Positions 8,781-17,686 of a stretch of 64,000 nucleotides of DNA are shown here, piece after piece. A program made the position numbers and the translations under genes. Origin of the DNA: Xylographa opegraphella (taxonomy: Eukaryota). Within the stretch, counting starts at the first letter, position 1, and each line of letters begins with the position of its first letter. Below the pieces are notes generated by a model. It was not told the DNA's origin. It was given only the letters and a program-made list of their open reading frames with translations, and made no database searches. The stretch is taken from positions 124,001 through 188,000 of the forward strand of contig JALDZX010000029.1 in the NCBI GenBank assembly GCA_022813865.1, written 5' to 3'.

Positions 8781-11707
8781 ATGCGATCGTCCATACTTTC
8801 ACGCATACTAGGTGTCGCTCTATGTCTTACCTGGCAATTCTTGGCCGCCAACGCAGTATTTGACGCCTGTCGAAACAAGTATCGTGTGGTAACTACGGTC
8901 CTCATCTACGAGAATTCAGTCTATATCAACACAGATGTATTATCAAATACCACTTTCAAGGTAAATCCTGGAATGACTATCACGGTGGACAACGCGCCGA
9001 CGAGCTTCGACATTACCACTATATATATCTCGAAAGTCTCAAACGTCGACACTTTATATGTTTCTCCGGCACATCCAACCAGTCTGATCGAGGGCGCTCC
9101 GTTCACTCTACTTGTCGCAGGTCGCTCAAAATCCCACCGTCGTCGAAATTCGGGTGGTACTTATCTAGGCTTCAATGGAACCCTTAGCACATCATGCTCA
9201 TCCGCAAGCACGTACACATTAAGCGACGGTCAGCTTTATGAGCAGAACAATGGTGCCACTTTAGAGTTCTCTGCTGCGAGAGACATTGGCTACGAGTACT
9301 TTGTGCCAACTGCTTCACCTGCTTCTATCACCACGACTTTCTCCCTTGGAGAAGGAGGCTCTTTGCAGTGGGTAAACGATGCTTTCTTCAATGGCAACGC
9401 CTGTTCTGTGCTCTGAGCGATGGAACTATAATAGCAGTCTTTTCACAAGACGCTGAACCATCCGGCTGCGACTTTGTTGACATTACCATTGGTGATATTT
9501 CAAGCTGTGTTCCTCAAGCAGGACCTAGCGGTTAGTATACTGGAATGATCAAAGGATTATGGAGACGACGTTGATACTCGTTACAGGACCTCAGGGAACT
9601 TCGGGTCTGAGTGGTCAGTGGCCTCCAGAAGAGAGTTCAAGGGATATCTGCTGATATGATTCTAGGAATGCCGGGACCTTCTGGGCCGTAAATATCACCT
9701 CTCAAGCAATGAATCCTCAGTCTGATATGTCAACAGATCCGGTCCAACAGGTCCACAAGGTGTTTCTGGATTGAGCGGTTAGTTTAGAAGATATCGATTT
9801 TTATTCCCGAGTGGAGACACTAACAATGGAAAAGGGATACCAGGGCCATCTGGGCCGTAAGATACCTGCGGACCGAAATTATAATTTCTAACATGCGATA
9901 GATCTGGTCCTACTGGACCGCAAGGTGTTTCTGGACTTAGCGGTGAATAGTCCCAAGGGTGATTCAGCAGTCGTTAGCTTTACTCATGAAGATCCAGGAA
10001 TACCGGGGCCATCGGGTCCATCTGGACCGTGAGTTATTCATACAGCAACCTTTACTGCTGTTGACTTTATATAGTTCCGGTGCATCAGGCTTATCGGGAG
10101 CGTGAGTATTCGAGCACAGAGATGTGATATTACGCTGATGCATTTAGATCCGGCGCATCGGGGATATCTGGTCCTACAGGGTAGGTGTCTCTTGCGTTTA
10201 TATTAGTCTTGCATGATAATCGTATAATAACCTGGCACAGGTCGGTGGGTCCTTCTGGCCCTTCTGGCCCTTCTGGCCCTTCCGGAGCATCTGGAGCATC
10301 TGGACTTTCAGGGAATGTGGGGCCGTCAGGACCTTCGGGGCCTTCGGGGCCGTCGGGGTCGTCGGGGCCATCGGGACCGACAGGTTCATCTGGACTTGTT
10401 GGCTCGACCGGGCCCACTGGACCGATCGGGCCGTCTGGACCATCAGGACCATCAGAACCCACTGGAGTGTCTGGACTATCAGGCCTAGCTGGCTCGACTG
10501 GACCAAGCGGACCATCAGGGCCATTGGGGCCGTCAGGGCCTTCGGGGCCGTCGGGACCATCTGGCCCATCAGGACCATCAGGGCCATCGGGGCCATCGGG
10601 GCCATCGGGACCATCGGGGTCGACAGGTCCATCGGGGTCGACAGGTCCATCAGGACCATCCGGGGTTTCCGGGATATCGGGTATGGCTGGCTCGATTGGC
10701 CCAACTGGGTTAGTTTTCTCCTAACCTTTTATATATTGCTCGAGATCGGGGATTGACTTGGGGTAGGCCGGCTGGACCAAGTGGTCAGTAGATACTTATT
10801 GTTAACAAAGGAGATATTGATATCCGCTTCAGGACCGACAGGAGCTACGGGTCCTTCTGGTGCGTCTGGTGTCGCTGGAGCTCTTGGGCCAACCGGGTTT
10901 GTTTTCCTGAACGTTTCCATATATTGGTAGAGCCGCGGCGCTGACTGATGACAGACCGGCCGGACCGAGTGGTCAGTAGTCACTGGATCCATCATAATAG
11001 AAGTATTAATATTAGCTTCAGGACCAACAGGACCGACGGGACCGACAGGCCCGACAGGACCGACAGGACCGACAGGACCTTCTGGTGCATCCGGTATAGC
11101 CGGAGCGGTAGGGCCAACTGGGTTCGTTCCTGATGTTCTTGCATATTGTTTACGATCACATAACTAACCTTGAACTAGGCCTACTGGACCAAGTGGTCAG
11201 TAGACGTCTCTCCTCATACTGGTTATGATAGCATTGATATCTCCGTTAGGTCCAACGGGTCCAACAGGTCCAAGTGGCGCCAGCGGCCAGTCTCATTAGC
11301 CTTGAATGAGATTTCAACACGAGCACTGACACAGGGAACAGGCGCTGCAGGCTCTCGCGGCTTGCAAGGAATCGATTACGCTTACATTGGCTGCTTTCTA
11401 TCAAAGCGGGACGACTACGACAACGACGGGGAAAGTGCTCTCGACTTTCGAAGCCGTTTACACGGGAAGCGTCAACACGCAATGCGCCTCGATCTGTCTC
11501 GCCGGCGGCTTTACGTTCTTTGGTGTCGTCAATAACGGTACGACGAACGGAGACTGCTACTGCGGGAACGCGTTGAACTACGTTACCGTCACATTGCTGG
11601 GCACGGGTCAGGCGCCGGACAACAATTGCTATCTGTGCAATTACGGCTATGGGGAGTGTGGAAATTACACTTCGTCGACGATCGCGATCTATGCGCGGTC
11701 GTTCTGA
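8781..11707 (+). CDS. Secreted collagen-like protein: signal peptide + N-terminal domain + ~112 Gly-X-Y triplets + C-terminal WSC domain; 17 exons; two 1-bp frameshifts as assembled (possible pseudogene)
   Basis: Exons: 8781-9530, 9587-9613, 9666-9687, 9737-9777, 9835-9856, 9902-9942, 9998-10028, 10075-10101, 10148-10180, 10241-10708, 10767-10783, 10833-10896, 10955-10971, 11022-11121, 11179-11195, 11250-11285, 11342-11707. All junctions keep the Gly-X-Y register. 8-Cys WSC pattern YIGCF..CASIC..GFTFFGV..DCYCGN..CYLC..ECG..IAIY. Frameshifts at ~9400 and ~11396. Confidence 0.85.
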
Positions 11708-11808
11708 GGCGGTGCTTCCGGGTCTGGTGTCTTGCTTTATTTCACTCCTTCAGCGATACCCCATTTCCTTGGTCTTGGCATAGAGCGGGTAATTCTCGCG
11801 TTGGTGGT

Positions 11809-11875
11809 CTCGGTCACTGTTTCGGTCACTGTTTCGGTCACTGTTTCGGTCACTGTTTCGGTCACTATTTCGGAC
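11809..11875. repeat. Tandem minisatellite, 12-bp unit TTCGGTCACTGT x ~5.5
   Basis: Read directly; lies ~100 bp downstream of the collagen-like gene stop codon. Confidence 0.95.
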
Positions 11876-12467
11876 ATGAGTTATTTAGTCATCAAACGAC
11901 TTACAAGCTAGGTCGTAAGTGGAACTGAATGTCGATTGCATAAGGTCAGTAGTGATATTTGGATTCACCACGCTGCAGCGAGTGCTTGGGAGACGAAGCA
12001 CCGATTACCATTGCAGACACCGAGAGTCGCGCTTGGCCCTTTCTGTCCCCTGGGCACAGTCCCTCCCACGCAGCGCCCACTCCCCATTCCACCCTTCCCC
12101 CCTCCCTCCACCAAACCCCACACCCCAACCCTCCGCCTCACTCGTGGAGCTGCCCACCCATCATTCCCACAGCCCTAACTACCCCAGCCTTGCACACCCG
12201 TCCCCCCTTCCCCCCCCCCCTTCCCCTAGCGCCCACACACGCAAACGCATCTCACATTCGGCGAATTGCTCCGCTGCCCCCCAAGAATCTTTGTAAATAC
12301 GTAAATTACCCCCAAAACCCCTGTACGTAGCATTTGTACCGCTACACCCTAGTCGAATACTTTTACCCTAATAAATTAATTCTGTAAATAAATAAACTGT
12401 TGAAAATCAGGGCGTTAGCAGTCTGTGTTGTTGGTCCTTTACTATAGCCGATTAGGCCTAGCTTAGT

Positions 12468-12488
12468 NNNNNNNNNNNNNNNNNNNNN
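12468..12488. other. Assembly gap (21 N)
   Basis: Run of N; a further single N at ~13046. Confidence 1.
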
Positions 12489-12516
12489 TGGAGCCCCGTC
12501 TCCAGAAGAACTCTTC

Positions 12517-12967
12517 ACCTTCTTAGTGATTAAGCAATGCACTGTTACCTGCTGCCATTACCTGTGCCTAGTGATTAGTTTCAATATAATAATAAATAAA
12601 TTCGTATTTAAAAATAAAAATTTCGTTAAAATTGTTACGGCTCATCAACTCACCACACAAGCACGCCTAGAACGTAAGCTTTAGGTGGACGATTTTAACC
12701 CAGATTAAGATAAAGAAGCGATGAGGCTGCTCCATGGGCAAGAGTATATACTCAAGGTGCTAGTCCTGATCCAGCCCGACCCCTATTACTTGTGACTGAT
12801 GTGATAATCGTCACAAAAATTATACTTTTAAACCCCTTTTAACCTTTTTTTTTAAATTTTTAAATTTTTATTTAAATTTTTATTATATTCATTTTTATTG
12901 AATTTAATCACTAGGCACAGGGGTTTTGGCAGCAGATAGCAGTGCATTGCTCAATCACTAAGAAGGT
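12517..12967. mobile_element. MITE/foldback-like element with ~70-bp inverted arms (12517-12586 / 12896-12967) and an AT-rich core
   Basis: ACCTTCTTAGTGATTAAGCAATGCACTGTTACCTGCTGCC...CTGTGCCTAGTGATT matches the reverse complement of 12896-12967 at roughly 85%. No coding capacity. Confidence 0.7.
12633..12815. mobile_element. Solo LTR (183 bp) with 5-bp target-site duplication
   Basis: Starts TGTTACG, ends CGTCACA, flanked by AAAAT at 12628-12632 and at 12816-12820. Confidence 0.85.
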
Positions 12968-13198
12968 TGTTACGGCTCGCTATCTCACCAGAAAAGCAGG
13001 CCTAGAACCTCAGCTATAGGTGAGCGATTTCAACCTAGAATAATANAAGGAAGCAAGTTTAGTAATACACGTAGAAGTTAAAATAAACAGTGCTAACTCC
13101 AAGACTCCTAACCGCTTTCGAACTAGCCTGAGTCCCGGACGCGCTTTAGTCCCGTTCCGTCTATCACTTGTTAAGGTGCCATGTAACACGCCGTTACA
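12968..13198. mobile_element. Second solo LTR of a related family (~231 bp)
   Basis: Starts TGTTACGGCTC; the first ~85 bp align with the 12633 LTR at roughly 75%; ends CCGTTACA. No clean TSD seen. Confidence 0.7.
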
Positions 13199-13712
13199 GC
13201 GAGGTTCTTTAACGCGTGAATTAAATAATAAATAAATAAATAATTTATTTACTGCGATACGCCAGCGAGGTTTGAATCTATTATTAAGGTTAGCAGAGGT
13301 ATAATAATAAAAGACTAGAGTATATGAAAGAAAGGGGGGTTAGCGGAGTCGTTACAAGGATTCTTGGGGCCCTGCGCAGCAATTCGCCGATCTCACAGCA
13401 CAAAACGAGGGTGCGATGATGTCCCAACGCACAGATGCGAGATCTACAATACCTTGGCCCCGGCGAAAGTCTACGCTCCAGCTGCAGGCGCAGGCACGGT
13501 TCCGAGCCCGGCGCGCTGCGCGGGACATTGCTCCGTTCATACTGTTGTGGATGAATGGAGGGGCGGCTGAGTTCGTCGGGCGTGGAATACGTCGTCGCGG
13601 TTTTGGGGGTTTGGGGTCCGGAATTGGGAGGGGGTCAGGACGCATGAGGAAGCGGGGTGGCGATTTGTCCCTGCGGCTCGCTCGCTTGCTTGCTGGATGG
13701 TGCGATGAGGTG

Positions 13713-13778
13713 AGGTGGAGTGGAGGTGGAGTGGAGGTGGAGTGGAGGTGGAGTGGAGGTGGAGTGGAGGTGGAGTGG
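13713..13778. repeat. Tandem repeat, 11-bp unit GGTGGAGTGGA x ~6
   Basis: Read directly. Confidence 0.9.
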
Positions 13779-13849
13779 CGAGCGCCAGCTGGGCGATACT
13801 GGATGGTGGGGTGATAGTCGGGCGTTGAGAGGGGCTGGGACTATGGTAG

Positions 13850-15360
13850 AATACTTAGTAGGTACCTTACCTACCCAGACAAGTGGTGTGGTAGCGCGAG
13901 GCACGGTGAGATAAGGTGAGGTGAGGTAAGGTAGATCTCTCCTTCTCTCCTTTTCTAGCCCCCTTCCACCCGCCCTTCCATGCATCCCTTCCACGGCCCC
14001 CGCTTCTAGACCTCCTTCCTCCTGCACCCGTCTCGCTTCCTCAAACGCAACCATGCGTCATGATGAAAAAAAAGAACGAACGAACGAACGAGCGAACGTA
14101 ACGCCCCCGAAGGAGGATGGGTAGCGAACGTCTTGGGGTAACGTAAGGTAGGGAGGGAGGGAGGGAGGGAGGGAGGTGTGGCGTCATTTCGCTTCGGCAA
14201 ACAAGGTACCTTACCTTACTTTTGTGCTTCGATTGTAGGAAAGGTAGGTAAGGTAGGTTAGGTACTCGAGCTCAACCTTCCCACACACACGCGCACGCGC
14301 ACGCGCAAAACACGCCCTGGGTTCTACTTAACCTTAGTACCTTAGTACCTTAGTAAATAGGACATAGTCGTGCATCGCCAACGCTTCTTCTCCAGCAGGG
14401 ACGGAGAGAGGCAGGCAGGCAAGGAGAGCAACCGTACCATCTCCCATTCCTCGAACGCACTGCTAAAATCGTATACCCACCCACCCAGCACCCATCCCCC
14501 TCCCCCCTCCCCCTCGCCAAAAAACCAGCCGATCCCGCTCCCCATCCAGCACCTAGCATCCCTCCGCAGCCTACCTAAAATAAATCAAATTAGCGTCTCT
14601 AGCGTCCCTAGCAAGCCTCCCCCCCTTCTAGCGGTATTCTAGCGTACGTCAGAGGCGCACTTCCAACCGCCCGGGTTAGTAACCTAACTTACCTTAGCGG
14701 AGGGGAGGGTGTGTGTGTGGGGAAGATGATGCGCGCTAGAAGGGGGCTAGAAGGGGAGATCGGCGCTAGAAGGTTGGAGGAGTGTGGGAGTGTGGAAATG
14801 GGGGGCGGCAGGGGTGGGGGAGGGGGGGGTGATACACTACTGTTACCTACGAAGCTGAGGGGGTGATGGGTGATGGATGATGAGGGGGCCGTTTGGGATC
14901 TTCTGGGGCTTTTCGTGAGGGTGGTGGTGGTGATGATGGTGATGATGGGAATTGTTCTGCTCTGTTCGAGCTAGGAAGATAGGGAGCATACTAGCTATGG
15001 TAAGGTAAGGTACGGAGGAAGATAAGGTAGATAGATAGATTGGCCAAGTCACACCCTATCCTATCCCGTCCTGTCCTATCTTCGAGGCGCTTCTCACTCG
15101 CCACCCAAACAGCGGTCGTTCCTCCTTCGCTCCTCCTGATGGCGCCAGCTCGCCCGTCTAATCTCCCAAAATCCCGTGCGCCTGAACCGATCACCCAAGC
15201 CCCCAACCCCCTTAGGATCTTGAGAGAGAGGCCCCGAGGCCTCCCCTTCCCCATTCTTTTTGCTTTGCTGCGTGTGAGTCTATGCTGCAAGGGAAAAAAA
15301 GCCACCAACGCCGAAAATAACCGAGGGAAATCTATTTTTTTTTTTTTTTTTTTTTGCCTC
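13850..15360. repeat. Low-complexity/microsatellite-rich non-coding tract
   Basis: (AACG)n ~14075, (GGGA)n ~14150, GGTAA/GGTAG runs, alternating CA/CG ~14283-14306, TACCTTAG x3 ~14330, (GGT/GAT)n ~14920, poly-T ~15334-15356. Confidence 0.8.
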
Positions 15361-15532
15361 ATTTCGCGAGCCAGCCAGCCCCCAGAAACGCCGCCGCCCC
15401 CTGCGCCGTGATGCTAGCGAGTGTGACCGGTATGCCGTGCAATGATGACAACAAACCTCCCATTTTGAATGAACGATCAAACCGTAGTCGTAGTCAGCCG
15501 CTTCTCGAGGAGTCACGAGTCCGCGGGGGGGG

Positions 15533-17686
15533 CTACCCGAAAAGGACTTCTCGACCCATCTGCTGCGCGACGTCGCGCCAGCCGATCTCCGCCTCCCCAG
15601 CGTCCACCCGCCGCCAGAGCTCCTCACACACCTCCCATCCCGTCACGATGTTGCTCATACCCTGCCTGCTCTCGAGGTGGCGGAAGACCGTGCGCGCGAC
15701 TTCCCGGTCCGGCTCCTCGATCGCGTGCGTCGCCGCGGTGAAGAGCGGCCACAGCAAGGCGGCCATCGGACCGGAGAAGATGACGACGCGGAGGCAGTGC
15801 TGCAGCGCCTGCTTGGCCGAGGCCTGGATCTTGGGCGAGGATCGGGAGTGCGACAGGATGTCGTGGTAGAGGTGCACGAGCGCCGCTTGCTTGTAGGCGT
15901 CGGCGTTGTTCAGCACGGATTGCAAGCGGGAGTCGTCGGCGGGGCTGTCGACAGCGATCATGGACGTGGGGATTTTTGGGCTCCATTGGTGCAGACCGAG
16001 CTCGATGTTGGCCACGCTGGAGTCGAAGTCGGCCCGCATCGACGTGGTCTTGTCGTGACCGGGGTTGGCCATCTCTTCCCGTTCGAGGTTGCGCTTCACG
16101 TCGACCAAGCCGGCGAGGCGGTGGATCATCGGCCACAGATCGGTGATCAAACCGAAGAGAGTGTCGACGCCGGACATGGCCGATGTTTCGCGGTGGTTCA
16201 GGAGATCATTCGTCGTCGGTGCGAGGATCGTGCCGGACATGGGAGAGGTGGCAAAGGAAAGCGCAGAGGAAACGTCAAAATATCGGAAAGCCTATAGTCG
16301 AGAGATTAGTTTTGCATGTCCGGAGCTCTCTCCCCACGTTTCCGGAAGGCGGGCATACTCGTTCTAAGAAAGTGCTCGTGGTGCCGCGCCGGGCCCTCCG
16401 CTCCCGCATGATGGACAACGCACCGCGAAGATGACTGCTCAAGACCGTCGACGAACCACTCCGGACCAGCTGTGCGACCCGTCAGCGCGATTGCCGTCAG
16501 GACCGGGGGGGCAGCGCGCGCGCGCACCACTCACCTCGTAGTACAACAGCAAGGTAATGACCGCCAACACCTCGTCCCGGTTGCCGTCGTCCTTATGCGC
16601 TATAAGATTCGCCAGGCCCTGCAAAGCCTTCGAATGCAAATCCAGCGCCCTCTCCTCCACCGGCAAGCCACGATGCTCGAGGTGGGCCGTTGAAATAGCG
16701 TAGATCGCGTTGAGGAGGGGCGGGCTCTTGGGCGCCATGGGCAAAACCAATCGCCGGAATGGATTCCCAGAATCCTCCTTGAACACAATCAGATGGCTGA
16801 GAACATTGCAGAAGTGATCCAGCAAACCTCTGCGCGACTCCCGCGTGGTAAAGTCAGAAAATGCGGGCACCGCAAAGTCGTAGGGCGAGCCGCCGGAGGT
16901 GGGCGAGATGAAGGCGCTGGTGGGGTCGGGGTAGGAGCTGCTGCGGGAGAGGGCCGAGGTGGGCACGAACATGTCCTGCGTCGTCTGGACGTCGGCGCCG
17001 TAGACGTCCTTGGCGTACATGTCCAGGGCGCCCATGTGCAGCGGCTTGATGTCCGACAGCAGCTCGGCCGTCGTGCGCGGGAAGGCCTCCAGCGGGTCGA
17101 AGGGCGGCAGCGGGGAATGCATATCGAGAATGGTGTCACTCCCGCAACTGGAGGCCGAGTCGCTGAAGACCGAGTGCGCACTGTGAACCTCCCAATTCTC
17201 GGCAATGGCGGGCAGCGGAGGGGTGGGCGAGGTGGACATGATGGACGAGCCCGAGCCGGAGCTCGAATCCTGGCGCAGCGCCTGGAGCCGGTCGCGGAAG
17301 TCGAGGTGCTGGCCGGGCATGGTGGTGGGCGGACGCATCATGAAATGCTCGGGGTTGGACACCGTCCGTCTCCGCTTCCGGGGCTTCACCGGCTCGTACT
17401 CGCACTTGAGGCCCCGATCCATGCATCGGTCACACTGGGGACGCTCCTCGTTGCACTTCTTCTTCTTTTCCTTGCTGGCGGCCGGTCAGACATTGATGCT
17501 TCCACACCGTCACTCCCGTTCGGTGGAGAAGGCTTACCAGTGCACACAGCCTGATGCCAGTCAGTCATCCTCGTTCTGATCCCGATTACCATACCGGAGT
17601 GGGAGGGGGAGAAAGGAATCAAGCTTACCGGCGCGAGAGCGACGCTTGGGAGTCTTTGCAGGAACGGGACGGTGGTACAGCAACAT
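15533..17686 (-). CDS. Zn(II)2Cys6 transcription factor with C-terminal fungal-specific TF domain (Fungal_trans_2-type)
   Basis: Splices to [50 protein letters not shown] via a 13-nt exon (17538-17550). Downstream it reads HFCNVLSHLIVF..NPFRRLVLPMA..LLNAIYAIS..AFRYFDV..LLWPLFTAA..W. An upstream in-frame ATG near 17757 is possible. Confidence 0.9.

Larger units (their letters stand above)
12258..13390. repeat. Outer 39-bp inverted repeat pair (12258-12296 / 13352-13390) bounding an AT-rich repeat island
   Basis: TCGGCGAATTGCTCCGCTGCCCCCCAAGAATCTTTGTAA versus the reverse complement of the right arm, TCGGCGAATTGCTGCGCAGGGCCCCAAGAATCCTTGTAA: 34/39 identical by manual count. Confidence 0.85.

Noticed and set aside
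9372..9437. GTAAAC..AG as an intron that would bypass the first collagen-gene frameshift
   Set aside because: The donor is phase 0 but the available acceptors need phase 1, and it would delete the conserved-looking WVN..F.NG.A.FC segment.
10130..10704. Minus-strand ORFs with GPD/GPE and PMAPMA repeats
   Set aside because: Antisense shadows of the GPS collagen exon; all splice signals are on the + strand.
11809..11875. Short direct repeats as a CRISPR-like array or GHCF-repeat peptide
   Set aside because: No spacers and a eukaryotic context; this is a plain minisatellite in a 3' region.
11919..13645. Two opposite ORFs both ending SANC..PQESL*
   Set aside because: A by-product of the 39-bp inverted repeat; the rest of each ORF is low-complexity and unrelated.
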